From contig CAXXTB010000002.1 of NCBI GenBank assembly GCA_963676795.2, forward strand, positions 416,001-480,000: a stretch of DNA of 64,000 nucleotides, read 5' to 3'. Origin of the DNA: Geopsychrobacteraceae bacterium. GTDB taxonomy: Bacteria; Desulfobacterota; Desulfuromonadia; Desulfuromonadales; Geopsychrobacteraceae. The notes under the pieces were generated by a model. The model worked only from the letters and a program-made list of their open reading frames with translations, made no database searches and was not told the origin of the DNA. Position 1 is the stretch's first letter; every line of letters starts with the position of its first letter. The translations under genes and the position numbers were made by a program. Below, piece by piece: positions 27,833 through 38,650 of this stretch.

Positions 27833-28732
27833 ATGTTAATTTACTACCAGAAATATTATAAGGGGCTGAATCTGTTGCTGGTGACCCTGGTCGGTCTGTG
27901 CTGCGGGATGTTTGCCGGTGCCCTGATCGAGGCCGGTGTGACCCCGACCACCCCTGCCCATCATACGGCGCCGAAGGTTGCTCCGGCGTCTCAGAGTCTT
28001 TCCAGTGTTGAGGATCTGAACCTGATCCTGCAGCGCAATATCTTCGATCCGGCCGGACAGACCGATCTGACCTATAATCCGGAGATGCTGCCGAGTACCG
28101 TAAGCGCCGGCGAACCTGTTGCTATCAAACCTTCTAATATCGTTCTGCTTGGAACCGTCGTGGCCGATGCAGAAAATTCTCTCGCGCTGCTTCAGGTCAA
28201 TGGCGAACTTGATACCTATCGTATCGGTGATTCCCTTGACGATGGCAGCGTGCTGGAAACAGTCGCGCGCAATCAGGTGCAGATTCGCCTGCGTGACAAG
28301 CGCCTGATCACCCTGACTGTTGAAGAAGACGCTATGACGAAGGCGACAGCGAAGCCCGGTGCTGCTGCCCAGGGTTCCGACGAGGCCGATAGCGGTATCC
28401 GCCAGGTGGATGATACCCGTTGGCTGGTGTCCCGGGATGAGGTTGAAAAGACCCGGGCCAACTTCAGCCAGGAACTGCGTCTGGCCCAGATGCAGCCGCG
28501 TGTCGTGGACGGCAAGACCGATGGCTTCCTGATCCGTTCGCTGCGGCGGAATTCCATTCTCAACAAGCTTGGCTTACGACGCGGTGATGTTGTCATGAGC
28601 GTCAACGGGATCTCTCTGGATAGTCCGGAAAAGGCCCTGCAGATTTTTCAGCAGCTGCGTGAAGCGCGGCAGATCGACCTGGCTGTTGAAAGACGGGGGC
28701 AGGCTATGAGCTTTGCCTATGAACTTGATTAG
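27833..28732 (+). CDS. gspC: T2SS protein GspC with PDZ domain
   Basis: TM helix, RNIF, LLGTV HR domain, LGLRRGDVVMSVNG PDZ. Confidence 0.9.
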   Translation: MLIYYQKYYKGLNLLLVTLVGLCCGMFAGALIEAGVTPTTPAHHTAPKVAPASQSLSSVEDLNLILQRNIFDPAGQTDLTYNPEMLPSTVSAGEPVAIKPSNIVLLGTVVADAENSLALLQVNGELDTYRIGDSLDDGSVLETVARNQVQIRLRDKRLITLTVEEDAMTKATAKPGAAAQGSDEADSGIRQVDDTRWLVSRDEVEKTRANFSQELRLAQMQPRVVDGKTDGFLIRSLRRNSILNKLGLRRGDVVMSVNGISLDSPEKALQIFQQLREARQIDLAVERRGQAMSFAYELD

Positions 28733-28744
28733 GAGGCTTTTCAA

Positions 28745-30787
28745 GTGATTCGAATAAAGAAAATCAGTGCGGTCCTGTGCCTGCTTGGCCTTCTCGGTTG
28801 CGGCCTTTTTGCCCCTGCGTATCTCAGTGCTGCGGAGCAGGAGGCTTCCGCTGGCCTGATCTCTCTTGATTTCCGGGATGTCGAACTGACGGAACTGATC
28901 AAGACGATCAGCGAGTTGACCGGGAAAAACTTCCTCTATGATGATACGGTCAAGGGCAAGGTGACGATCATTTCACCTGAGACTATGACCATGGAGGAGA
29001 CCTACAAGCTGTTTCTGACTGTGCTCAACGTCAAAGGCTATACGGTGGTTCCGTCCGGCCGGGTCAACAAGATCGTTCAAACCAAGAATGCCAAACAGGA
29101 GAACCTGCCTGTCTATCACAGCGGGCGTGGTGATTCGGAGCAGTTTATCACCCGCCTGGTCCGCCTCGATTATCTCGATGCGGACACCATTGCCACCTCC
29201 GTGCTGGCACCTCTGATGCCGCCGACCGGAAATATCATCGCCTATCCGCCGACCAATACCCTGATCCTTACAGAAACCGCTGCGACCATTGAACGCATGC
29301 TCAAAATCGTTCAGCAGCTAGATCAGCCTGATTCCTCCGGGGATCTGACGGTTCTGCCTCTGCAGCATGGCGATGCGGAAGAAATTGCCAAGATCTGCCT
29401 CGAGGTGCTTCAGGATCAGGCGGCCAGCAAGGCCAGACAGACCAAGGTGGTGACAACTTCTCAGGACAGCGGCAGCAAGATTATCGCTTATACCCGAACC
29501 AACTCGCTGATTATCCGCGCCGGTAAGGAAGAACTGGAGCAGATCAAGTCGTTACTCGCGGTGCTCGATCAGGAGGCCGGAGGGGAACAGGCCGGTATTC
29601 ATGTCTATTCGCTGGAAAACGCCGATGCCGAAACCCTGGCAGCAACCCTGAATGAGATTGTCACCGGGATCAAGGCCCAGGCCAAGGCTGCCAGTGCGGC
29701 AAAAGACGCAGCTCCTCAGGCGATTTCGAGCGCCTCGGTCGCCATTACCGCTGATAAACCGACCAACGCGCTGATCATCAACGCCCCGCCGAAAGATTAC
29801 ATCGTCCTGCAGGATATCATCCGTAAGCTCGACATCAAGCGCAAGCAGGTCTATGTCGAGGCGCTGATTCTTGAGCTGTCGATGGAGGCCAGCAAAGAGC
29901 TGGGCGCATCGCTGCAAGGGGCGATTGATACCGGTGATGGTTACGCCTATCTGAGCAGCAATCAGAATGCCGGAACCAATATCAGCTCTTTTGCCACGAC
30001 GGACAGCTCCGGTAATCTTAGTGTGCTGTCCCAGGCTATTAGCGGCATTTTGGCTGGCGGGATTTTCAACACCATTTCTACGACGATTAACGGGGAATCG
30101 GTGACGATCCCGGCCCTGTCAGCGATCATTAACCTGTCGAAGACCGATGATAACGTCAATGTTCTCTCCGCCCCGCGCCTGTTGACCTCCGATAACGAAG
30201 AGGCCGAGATCATTGTCGGTGAAAATATTCCTGTTGTCACCCAGACCGTAACCAATACCGATTCGGAAAACGTCACCACCTCGGTTGAACGCCAGGATGC
30301 GGCTCTGACCCTGCGCTTTACTCCCCAGGTTATCGAAAACAATCTGGTCCGTCTGAATATCTATCAGGAGGTCACCGGAGTTGTCGGTACGACCAGTTCA
30401 AACGAATATGGCCCAGACCTGACCAAACGCCTGATCCGTAATACCGTTCTGGCCGAAAGCCGCAAGACCATCGTGCTGGGTGGTTTGATCAGCAACACCA
30501 TTACCAACAACGAGACGAAGGTCCCCCTGCTCGGTGATATCCCGGTGCTGGGCTGGCTGTTCAAAACCAAGTCAACGGGGGCTGACAAGAAAAACCTGCT
30601 GGTCTTCATCACCCCGACCATTATCAACAGTCCTGAAGATCTGGCGCTGGTCACCGATCGCAACAAACGTAAAGCCAACGAGTTTCTGAGTGATGATCAA
30701 AAAGCGCTGCTGCCCCCTGAGTTCAAGTTTGAAGACGGGCAGGTTGACAGTTCGGTCTTTCAGGTTGATTCCCAGGCTGGTGAATGA
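28745..30787 (+). CDS. gspD: T2SS secretin GspD
   Basis: N0-N3 domains, QVYVEALI, NVLSAPRLLTSDNEEA, KVPLLGDIPVLGWLFK. Confidence 0.95.
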   Translation: MIRIKKISAVLCLLGLLGCGLFAPAYLSAAEQEASAGLISLDFRDVELTELIKTISELTGKNFLYDDTVKGKVTIISPETMTMEETYKLFLTVLNVKGYTVVPSGRVNKIVQTKNAKQENLPVYHSGRGDSEQFITRLVRLDYLDADTIATSVLAPLMPPTGNIIAYPPTNTLILTETAATIERMLKIVQQLDQPDSSGDLTVLPLQHGDAEEIAKICLEVLQDQAASKARQTKVVTTSQDSGSKIIAYTRTNSLIIRAGKEELEQIKSLLAVLDQEAGGEQAGIHVYSLENADAETLAATLNEIVTGIKAQAKAASAAKDAAPQAISSASVAITADKPTNALIINAPPKDYIVLQDIIRKLDIKRKQVYVEALILELSMEASKELGASLQGAIDTGDGYAYLSSNQNAGTNISSFATTDSSGNLSVLSQAISGILAGGIFNTISTTINGESVTIPALSAIINLSKTDDNVNVLSAPRLLTSDNEEAEIIVGENIPVVTQTVTNTDSENVTTSVERQDAALTLRFTPQVIENNLVRLNIYQEVTGVVGTTSSNEYGPDLTKRLIRNTVLAESRKTIVLGGLISNTITNNETKVPLLGDIPVLGWLFKTKSTGADKKNLLVFITPTIINSPEDLALVTDRNKRKANEFLSDDQKALLPPEFKFEDGQVDSSVFQVDSQAGE

Positions 30788-30836
30788 TGCTGGACGGCAG
30801 GCAGAAAGATAACTCTGGCGCGGTAGCGGAGTCGGC

Positions 30837-32534
30837 ATGAAAAAGTGGCGCTTACTGGGCGAGCTGTTACGCGACGATTTCAAGGTTCCCGAGGAGCAGA
30901 TTGTTGCGGCTCTGGCTGAGCAGCAGGAATCTGGTCTGAACCTGGGCAATATCCTGCTCAAAAAGCAGGTCGTCGAAGAAGAAACGCTGCGTATGGCGCT
31001 GTCGATCCAGCAGGGGATCAGCTATCTCCAGGTGCTGCAAGATCAGGAGGGGATCGACGATCTCCTCCGCCTGGTTCCCATCGGCTTTGCCAAGGAAAAC
31101 AATTTTTATCCGATCAAGCGTCACGAAGGTCGACTGCTGGTCGCGATGACCGACCCGCTCAATTCCAACCTGATCAATGATCTCGGCGCTTTGACCGGAG
31201 AGATCATCGAGCCCTGCCTGGCGACCGCCAGCGAGATTCTCAAGGCAACCAACCGCAGCTACGAAAAGCGCGCCGGTGAAACGCGCGAGGTGATCGGCGA
31301 GATTGAAGGGCAGGGAGGCTCCGGACTGGCTCAGAACCTTGAGCCGGAAGACCTGCTCGATACATCGGACGAAGCTCCGATTATCCGCTTTGTCAACAGC
31401 CTGATCACGCAAGGCTATAAAGAGCGGGCCAGCGATATCCATATCGAACCCTTTGAGACGGTGCTGCAGATCCGTTACCGGATCGACGGCATTCTTTACG
31501 ATGTCCTGCAGCCGCCGGTCAAGGCGCATGCCGGGATCGTTTCGCGGATCAAGATCATGTCGCAGCTGAATATCGCCGAGAAACGCCTGCCCCAGGACGG
31601 CCGTTTCCGGGTCCGGGTTGCGGGGAGCGATCTCGATATCCGGGTGTCGACACTGCCGACCGCTTTTGGCGAGCGGGTGGTCCTGCGTCTGCTCGGCAAG
31701 TCCTCCAATGTTTTGACCCTGGAGGATATCGGCATGGAAAAGTCCATGCTTAAGCAGGTCGAGGGGATGATCAACAAGGCGCACGGTGTTTTCCTGGTCA
31801 CCGGCCCGACCGGCTCAGGCAAGACGACGACCCTCTACTCTTCGCTGACGCGCCTCAACCAGCATGAAAAAAACCTGATCACCATCGAGGACCCGATTGA
31901 ATATCAGCTTCCCGGGGTCGGCCAGATGCAGGTCAATTCAAGAATCAACCTGACCTTCGCCAGTGGCCTGCGCTCGATTCTGCGCCAGGACCCGGATGTC
32001 ATTATGGTCGGCGAGATCCGTGATCAGGAAACCGCTGAGATCGTTATCCAGTCGGCTCTGACCGGCCATATGGTTTTCTCCACCCTGCACACCAACGATG
32101 CTGCCGGAGCCTTGACCCGCCTGGTCGAGATGGGCGTCGAACCCTTCCTGGCAGCGTCGAGTGTCGTCGGGATCATGGCCCAGCGTCTGGTGCGTCAGAT
32201 CTGCCCGCACTGTCGTGAGGAATACCATCCCCCCGAAGAGTTGCTCAAGCAGCTTGGCGATATCAAACTGCCGCTCAATCCGGTTTTCTATCGCGGCCGG
32301 GGTTGTGAAAAGTGCATGAATATCGGTTACTGGGGACGGACGGGGATTTACGAACTGCTTCCGGTCGATGACAAGATCCGCGAGCTGCTGCTGAAAAACA
32401 TGGATGCGGCGTCGATCCGCAATGAAGCCATCCGCAGAGGGATGCAGCCGCTGCGGGTCGCCGGACTGGTCAAGGCTCTCAAGGGGCAAACCTCTCTGGA
32501 AGAGGTCTTGCGGGTCACCCAGGAGGAGGTCTAG
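30837..32534 (+). CDS. gspE: T2SS ATPase GspE
   Basis: ASDIHIEP, GPTGSGKTTT, LRQDPD, CPHC/CEKC zinc motif. Confidence 0.95.
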   Translation: MKKWRLLGELLRDDFKVPEEQIVAALAEQQESGLNLGNILLKKQVVEEETLRMALSIQQGISYLQVLQDQEGIDDLLRLVPIGFAKENNFYPIKRHEGRLLVAMTDPLNSNLINDLGALTGEIIEPCLATASEILKATNRSYEKRAGETREVIGEIEGQGGSGLAQNLEPEDLLDTSDEAPIIRFVNSLITQGYKERASDIHIEPFETVLQIRYRIDGILYDVLQPPVKAHAGIVSRIKIMSQLNIAEKRLPQDGRFRVRVAGSDLDIRVSTLPTAFGERVVLRLLGKSSNVLTLEDIGMEKSMLKQVEGMINKAHGVFLVTGPTGSGKTTTLYSSLTRLNQHEKNLITIEDPIEYQLPGVGQMQVNSRINLTFASGLRSILRQDPDVIMVGEIRDQETAEIVIQSALTGHMVFSTLHTNDAAGALTRLVEMGVEPFLAASSVVGIMAQRLVRQICPHCREEYHPPEELLKQLGDIKLPLNPVFYRGRGCEKCMNIGYWGRTGIYELLPVDDKIRELLLKNMDAASIRNEAIRRGMQPLRVAGLVKALKGQTSLEEVLRVTQEEV

Positions 32535-33746
32535 GTGGCTCTTTACGAGTATACAGGCCTCAACAGCAAGGGGAAAAAGGTATCCGGGCGGATCGACGGC
32601 AGCGGCCGCAGGAGCGTCATGCTCAAGCTGCGCGAACAGCAGATCTTTCCGACCGAGCTTTATGAAACGGCGGCAGAGGAGAAGGTTCAGGGTCGCGGGT
32701 TCTCTCTCAAGCGCCGGGTTTCAGCCCTTGAACTCTCTGCCGTGACCCGGCAGATGGCGACATTGCTGAGTGCCGGTCTGCCGCTTGATGAGGTGCTGCA
32801 GACGGTCGCGGAGCAGAGTGAACAACCGCTTCTCAATAAAACTCTCTCTTCCGTGCGCGAAGAGGTCATGCAGGGGGAGGCCCTGCACCGCTCCCTGGAG
32901 CAGCATAGACGCATTTTCCCCGATGTCTTCATCAATATGGTTCAGGTCGGGGAGAACAGCGGGACGCTGGATCAGGTTCTGCATCGGCTGGCCGATTTTC
33001 TCGATGATCAGGCCAAGATCCGATCCAAGGTCAAGGCTGCCCTGGCCTATCCGGTGTTGATGACCTTTGTCGGGATTGGTGTGCTGGCCTTTCTGTTTGC
33101 GTTCGTTGTGCCGAAGATCACCACGATGCTCACCGAAATGGAAATGGCCTTGCCGTTGCCGACCAAACTGCTGATGGGCTTTACTCACCTGCTGGCCGGC
33201 TGGTGGTGGCTGCTGGTGCTTATTCTGATTGCCGCGGTTTATGCCCTGCTGCGTTATCGCAAGAGCGAGAAAGGGTTGCTCAAGACCGATCGTATCCTGC
33301 TTAAGATGCCGCTCTACGGCAAGCTCCACCTGCTCTTTGTCACCGCCTGGTTCTCCCGCACCCTGGCGACCCTGCTGCAGAGCGGGGTTCCTCTGCTCAG
33401 GGCGCTTGATATCAGCGGTGAACTGCTGAAGAATCGTATTCTCAAGGATGCGATCAGCGATGTGCGCAAGCAGGTGCAGGAGGGCGGATCAATGGCCAGG
33501 GCGCTCAAGCAGGCTGCGGTGTTTCCGCCGATGCTGGCGCAGATTGCTGCCGCCGGCGAGAAAAGCGGTGAGCTGGAATCGATGCTGATGCGTGTCGCGG
33601 AAACCTACGAACACCAGACCGATATGAGCATCACCGGCCTGCTGTCGTTACTTGAACCCCTGCTGATTTTGATCATGGGTGTTGTTGTCGGTTTCGTCGT
33701 GTTGGCAATCCTGTTGCCGATCTTCGAAGCCAGTCAGGGTTTTTAG
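32535..33746 (+). CDS. gspF: T2SS inner-membrane platform protein GspF
   Basis: TRQMATLLSAGLPL, GENSGTL, ALAYP, LLEP. Confidence 0.95.
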   Translation: MALYEYTGLNSKGKKVSGRIDGSGRRSVMLKLREQQIFPTELYETAAEEKVQGRGFSLKRRVSALELSAVTRQMATLLSAGLPLDEVLQTVAEQSEQPLLNKTLSSVREEVMQGEALHRSLEQHRRIFPDVFINMVQVGENSGTLDQVLHRLADFLDDQAKIRSKVKAALAYPVLMTFVGIGVLAFLFAFVVPKITTMLTEMEMALPLPTKLLMGFTHLLAGWWWLLVLILIAAVYALLRYRKSEKGLLKTDRILLKMPLYGKLHLLFVTAWFSRTLATLLQSGVPLLRALDISGELLKNRILKDAISDVRKQVQEGGSMARALKQAAVFPPMLAQIAAAGEKSGELESMLMRVAETYEHQTDMSITGLLSLLEPLLILIMGVVVGFVVLAILLPIFEASQGF

Positions 33747-33795
33747 AGGCCTGTGTTTTTTCCGGAGAATTGTTGCAGACGTCAAGGAGTTGGAA

Positions 33796-34236
33796 ATGAT
33801 GAAGTCGTGTCGTAATCAGCGTGGTTTCACCCTGATTGAAATTATGGTTGTCGTGGTTATTCTCGGTGTCCTGGCGGCGGTCGTCGTGCCGCGACTATTG
33901 AATCGTCCTGATGAAGCGAGGATCACCAAGACCCAGGTTGATATCAAGAAAATCGAAGAAACCCTGGGTATGTTCAAACTGGATAACGGCTATTTCCCCA
34001 CGACGGAACAGGGGCTTATGGCACTGGTCTCCAAGCCCGATACAGGTCGCATTCCGACCAAGTATCCGGACGGCGGCTACCTGAAAAAGGTGCCGGTTGA
34101 CGCCTGGAACAACGAGTACGTTTATCTGTCCCCCGGACTGCATGACAAGGACTTTGATCTGATCTCTTACGGTGCTGACGGTGAGCCCGGTGGTGAAGGA
34201 AGCAATGCGGACATCAACAGCTGGGAGCTCCAGTAA
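33796..34236 (+). CDS. gspG: Major pseudopilin GspG
   Basis: G/FTLIE prepilin site, FKLDNGYFPTTEQGL, DAWNNEY, SYGADG. Confidence 0.95.
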   Translation: MMKSCRNQRGFTLIEIMVVVVILGVLAAVVVPRLLNRPDEARITKTQVDIKKIEETLGMFKLDNGYFPTTEQGLMALVSKPDTGRIPTKYPDGGYLKKVPVDAWNNEYVYLSPGLHDKDFDLISYGADGEPGGEGSNADINSWELQ

Positions 34237-34723
34237 ATCGGCGGGATTTACCCTGATTGAGCTGGCGATCGTCGTGCTGCTGATCAGCCTCTTCTCTGTC
34301 GCCAGTGTCAGTCTGGTTCTTGACCGGAATCACGGTGATCTGCAGGCGTCGGCCCGGCGACTGGCCGGAGTGGTCAAGTATCTGTTCAACGAAGCCGCTC
34401 TGAACGGTCTGGAACAGCGCCTGATCTATAACCTCGATGACGGGACTTACCGGTCCCAGGAGCTGGATGCCAGCGGCCATCTCTATGATGCCGAGGACCT
34501 GGGGCGTGAGGCCCGCCTGCGGGACGGTATCCGTTTCACCGATGTCAAGGTCTCGGGGCGCGGCTCCTTTTCCAGCGGAGAGGTGACGATCCGGGTTCAT
34601 CCCAGCGGCTGGCTGGAAGAAACGATCGTTCATCTGGCGACGGAAGGCGGCGAGGAACTGACGATGAGAATCAACTCGTTGACCGGTTCGTCAGAAATCT
34701 TTGAAGGCTATCGCTCCTTCTGA
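34205..34723 (+). CDS. gspH: Minor pseudopilin GspH
   Basis: G/FTLIE prepilin site; position after gspG. Confidence 0.85.
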   Translation: MRTSTAGSSSKSAGFTLIELAIVVLLISLFSVASVSLVLDRNHGDLQASARRLAGVVKYLFNEAALNGLEQRLIYNLDDGTYRSQELDASGHLYDAEDLGREARLRDGIRFTDVKVSGRGSFSSGEVTIRVHPSGWLEETIVHLATEGGEELTMRINSLTGSSEIFEGYRSF

Positions 34724-34752
34724 AAGTGGCAGAGCTAAGGCAGGTCTTGGTC

Positions 34753-35115
34753 ATGGGCGAAGTGAACAGAAAATCGGATGAGCGTGGGTTTACCCTGCTG
34801 GAAGTGATGATCGCTCTGGCGATTATCAGTATCGCCCTGGTGTCCATGCTGGCTCTGGCCAATCGGTCGATCAGCGTCCATGACCGTCTGCAGCGGATGA
34901 CCCAGGCGACTCTGCTGGCGCAGTCGAAAATGGCCGAGGTTGAAAGCGCCGAGGTCGGGGATGCCGATCAGGGCAGTTTCGACGAGCCGTTTGAAAACTA
35001 TCGCTGGCGGGTGCAATACAGCGATACACCGCTGCCTTCAGTGACCATGGTGACCGTCTCTGTCGATTGGGGCGATGCCGATGAGGCTGTGACACTTGAT
35101 TCGTTTATTTTCTAG
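34753..35115 (+). CDS. gspI: Minor pseudopilin GspI
   Basis: G/FTLLEVMIALAI; synteny; exact start uncertain (34726-34762). Confidence 0.85.
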   Translation: MGEVNRKSDERGFTLLEVMIALAIISIALVSMLALANRSISVHDRLQRMTQATLLAQSKMAEVESAEVGDADQGSFDEPFENYRWRVQYSDTPLPSVTMVTVSVDWGDADEAVTLDSFIF

Positions 35116-35731
35116 ACAGAGCGGGACCGCGCAGCGGGGCTTCACCCTGATCGAAGTTCTGATGGTTATCGCGATTCTGGCGATTGTCATGTCTTCGCTC
35201 TACGGGATTTTCTCTTCGGTCAGCAGGGCCAAGGAACGCCTCGACTCCGACAGTGAAAGTTACCACCGGGCCCGGGTGATTTTTGATCGGCTTGGCCGGG
35301 AGATTCACGGCGCCTATTACAACTCGGGGGGCGGTGACAGTCACTTCAAGGGGGGGCGTAACGAGGAAGACAGGTTTTATCTGGACTTCAGTACCACAGC
35401 GGTTTCGCCCTTGAGCATCGAAGGGACCGGGTTTGCAATCTTAAGCTACCTGCTGGATGAGGATCCGGAAGCAGATACAGAGGATGAGCTGGTGCTGTTG
35501 CGCACCGAGCAGCCGCTGTTGGGCAGCAATCGCAATGACAATCAGCCGCAGGCGCTGCGTCTGGCACCGGGTATACTGAATATGACGGCCAGTTTTTACG
35601 CGAACGGGACCTGGCAGGAAAATTGGGATTCCACGTCTGCCGGACTGCCGGAGCGGGTCCGGATAGAGCTTCATGTCAGAGACAGTCGTGGTGAGGATGT
35701 GCCGTTTATGACGACTTTTCGTCTGCCTTGA
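35096..35731 (+). CDS. gspJ: Minor pseudopilin GspJ
   Basis: G/FTLIE, W.ENWDS..GLP..VRI. Confidence 0.85.
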   Translation: MIRLFSRQSGTAQRGFTLIEVLMVIAILAIVMSSLYGIFSSVSRAKERLDSDSESYHRARVIFDRLGREIHGAYYNSGGGDSHFKGGRNEEDRFYLDFSTTAVSPLSIEGTGFAILSYLLDEDPEADTEDELVLLRTEQPLLGSNRNDNQPQALRLAPGILNMTASFYANGTWQENWDSTSAGLPERVRIELHVRDSRGEDVPFMTTFRLP

Positions 35732-35741
35732 GTGAGGAATC

Positions 35742-36710
35742 ATGAAGCTGCCGGGCTCCAACGAAAAGGGCATGATCCTGTTGCTCGTTCTGCTGATTGT
35801 CGCACTGCTCAGTTCCCTGCTGATGGAACTGGCTTTTTCGACGCTGGTCGATATGCGTCTGACAGAGACCTTCCGTGACAGCACCCGTGGCTACTATCTG
35901 GCCAAGGGGGGGATTGCCGCAGGGCGCATGCTGATCATGGACGACCAGAACGCCTACGACAGCCGTGATGAACAGTGGGCACAAGGGGTCATCGGCTATC
36001 CCGTCGGCGAGGGGAGTGTCAGTATCAGTATCGAGGATCTAGACGGGCACCTGGCTTTGAACGCTCTGGTCAACGGCAACAACCCGCAGACGATCATGGT
36101 CGACCGTTTCTACCGTCTGCTGGTCGCCCTCGATCTTGGCCAGCTGGGCGATCCGGCTGAACTGACTGCCGCCGTGATCGACTGGCTCGACACTGGTGAG
36201 GATAACTACCCGCTGATCAAGACCGATGGGCTCAATCTGCCGGTGGCAGGTGCCGAGAGTGATTACTACCAGGGGCTGGCGAACGGCTACTCGTGCAAGA
36301 ACGGAAGTTTTGAAACCCTGGATGAACTGGCATTGGTCAAGGGTTTTACCCCGGAGGTGATCAGGAAGGTCGCCCCCCATGTCAGCGTCAACGGGGATGT
36401 CCGGATCAATATCAACACGGCGAGCGAGGAGGTGCTGATGGCTCTGGATCAGACGATCGACGCCCAGACAGTCCAGTCGATCGTCAGCTATCGCCAGTCG
36501 ACTCCGATTCGGACGATTGCCGATATCGAAGGAATTCTGTCGACGGAGGTTTACTCGGTGATGAAAAGCCTGGCCAACCAGAAGCTGTTGGGGACCTTGA
36601 GTTCCTATTACCGGATTACCTCGGAAGGGCTGGTCAATGACGGTCGTAGACGGATAACGGCAGAGATATACAAGGGGAGTAACTCCCAACTCTATTTCAA
36701 GGTGGACTAG
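35742..36710 (+). CDS. gspK: Minor pseudopilin GspK
   Basis: G/MILLLVL (no Glu5), DWLD, GAESDYY, ININTA. Confidence 0.9.
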   Translation: MKLPGSNEKGMILLLVLLIVALLSSLLMELAFSTLVDMRLTETFRDSTRGYYLAKGGIAAGRMLIMDDQNAYDSRDEQWAQGVIGYPVGEGSVSISIEDLDGHLALNALVNGNNPQTIMVDRFYRLLVALDLGQLGDPAELTAAVIDWLDTGEDNYPLIKTDGLNLPVAGAESDYYQGLANGYSCKNGSFETLDELALVKGFTPEVIRKVAPHVSVNGDVRININTASEEVLMALDQTIDAQTVQSIVSYRQSTPIRTIADIEGILSTEVYSVMKSLANQKLLGTLSSYYRITSEGLVNDGRRRITAEIYKGSNSQLYFKVD

Positions 36711-36716
36711 AAGCAG

Positions 36717-38117
36717 ATGAACAAGCGTTATATCGGTCTGGATATCGGTGCCCGCAGAACGCTGCTGGTTGTGCTCGAATACGACAAGGACGAGCTTGTC
36801 GGTATGCACTATCAGGAGAGTCATCAGGAGACCCTGGAAGAGCAGCTGCGCGAGTTGCGTGAAGAGTTTGGCCATCTGCACGCCGGCGACCGGCTGGCGA
36901 CGGTCATTTCGGCACGGAGGGCTTTCGTTCGCAATCTGGATTTCCCTTTCAAGGGGGCCAAAAAGATCGCCGCTGCACTTCCCTTTGCGCTCAATGCCCA
37001 GATCCCGGTCTCTACTGAGGACTGTGCCATGTCTTCCTATCTCATCGGTACGCAGGATGACGGACCGACCCGGGTCAAGGCCGCTGCGATTCCGCGTGAC
37101 GCCCTGACAGGTGTCCTTGATATCTGCGCTCAGGTCGAGATACCGGTCCACGTCGTAGATCTGTCGCCGTTCGGCTACGTAGCCGGGCTGACCCGGGAAC
37201 TGAGTGAGGCGGTACTGATTCTGTCCGGTGAAGATGAAACGACAGTTTCGCTGGTCAAGCAGGGGGCGCTGGTCGATTATCGCCTGATTCCCGGCGGGGC
37301 GAACCTGCTCAACGAGGATAAGGCGGTGGTCATTGAACGGGAAATCAGGGCGCTGTTGAAAAATGCCGGCGAGAAAACTCTGCCGCCTGTCTATCTTTGT
37401 GGTGAAGCAGCCCATGATGAGCTGATGCGTCTGCTGACAGAGCAGGAACTTGAGGTTCAGGAACTGGTTCTGAACCTGGCCGGTGAAGAGATTCCGTCCG
37501 CTTTTGCCCCGGCCGCGGCTATTGCCCTGAGGGCAGCGGCGCTCGGCAAGGAGGGCTCCAGTTTTAACTTCCGTTCGGGAGAGTTTGCCTTAAGCGGAGA
37601 GTGGCAGAAATATCGTTCTCCCCTGATCTTCACCTGCGGACTGATCATCGTCGCCATCCTGATGCTGGCCGTCACCGGCATAACCAGCTATCAGGCCAAG
37701 AACAGCCAGGTCGATGTGCTGCAGAAGGAGATAGAGAGTATCTACCGGCAGACCTTTCCCGAGTCGCGGGTCATTGTTGATGTCCCGCTGCAGATGCAGA
37801 CGGCCTTACGTGATCTAGAAGAACAGAGTGCGCTGGTTGGCGGAGCGCAGATGAGCGTTCTGCAGGTGCTCAAGGGGATTTCCAATCTGCCAGCGGGGCT
37901 GTCGGTTGAACTCCAGGAGTTTTCCTATAATCCGACGGAAACCCGGATTTCGGGGAGTGCGGACTCTTTCGAGCAGGTCAACCAGTTGACGGAGACGCTG
38001 GCCAGATCGCCACTCTTTGCGGAAGTTCGGGTGGCAGACGCGAAGATGTCGGTCAAGGGAGATAAGGTCAACTTCAGGTTGCTTATCATCTATGCAGGAA
38101 CGGGGAGGGGCCAGTGA
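36717..38117 (+). CDS. gspL: T2SS protein GspL (PilM-like cytoplasmic and PilN-like periplasmic parts)
   Basis: IGLDIG, FNFRSGEF, single TM helix; synteny. Confidence 0.85.
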   Translation: MNKRYIGLDIGARRTLLVVLEYDKDELVGMHYQESHQETLEEQLRELREEFGHLHAGDRLATVISARRAFVRNLDFPFKGAKKIAAALPFALNAQIPVSTEDCAMSSYLIGTQDDGPTRVKAAAIPRDALTGVLDICAQVEIPVHVVDLSPFGYVAGLTRELSEAVLILSGEDETTVSLVKQGALVDYRLIPGGANLLNEDKAVVIEREIRALLKNAGEKTLPPVYLCGEAAHDELMRLLTEQELEVQELVLNLAGEEIPSAFAPAAAIALRAAALGKEGSSFNFRSGEFALSGEWQKYRSPLIFTCGLIIVAILMLAVTGITSYQAKNSQVDVLQKEIESIYRQTFPESRVIVDVPLQMQTALRDLEEQSALVGGAQMSVLQVLKGISNLPAGLSVELQEFSYNPTETRISGSADSFEQVNQLTETLARSPLFAEVRVADAKMSVKGDKVNFRLLIIYAGTGRGQ

Positions 38118-38650
38118 TCAGCCGATTTGAGCAGTTGGAGAACCGGGAAAAGCTATTTATCATCGGTGGTGGCGTGATCCTGATCGTCATGCTCCTCATC
38201 TATGCGGCCTATATTCCCTATCTGCATGCCATCGAACGGGCCGATAAAAGTATCCAGGTCAAGTTGAAGCAGATTGAGGAGGTCAAGCAGATGCAGCTGG
38301 AGTATCTGGCCCTCAAGGAGCAGCTTGCCAGCCTTGAAAGTCGTCAGGGGCAGGGGAGCCGGCTTTCCGCGCTGACGTTGATCGAAGATCTGGCCTCAAG
38401 GATCGGCAGCCGTGACAATCTGGTCAATATCAGGCCGCAGACGGCCCAGGTTCAGGGCGATTACCGGGTTGAAAATGTCGATGTCCGCTTTGAGCGGATG
38501 CCCCTGGCGCAGCTGGTGCGCCTGCTCAAAGGGCTAGAAACAAGCCAGGGGCAGATTCAGGTCAAGTCTCTTCAGGTTAAGCAGCGCTTTGATGACAAGG
38601 CTCTGATCGATCTGAATATGACCGTGTCTTCATTCAGGAAGAACCAATGA
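38114..38650 (+). CDS. gspM: T2SS protein GspM
   Basis: L.NREK followed by TM and coiled coil; synteny. Confidence 0.8.
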   Translation: MISRFEQLENREKLFIIGGGVILIVMLLIYAAYIPYLHAIERADKSIQVKLKQIEEVKQMQLEYLALKEQLASLESRQGQGSRLSALTLIEDLASRIGSRDNLVNIRPQTAQVQGDYRVENVDVRFERMPLAQLVRLLKGLETSQGQIQVKSLQVKQRFDDKALIDLNMTVSSFRKNQ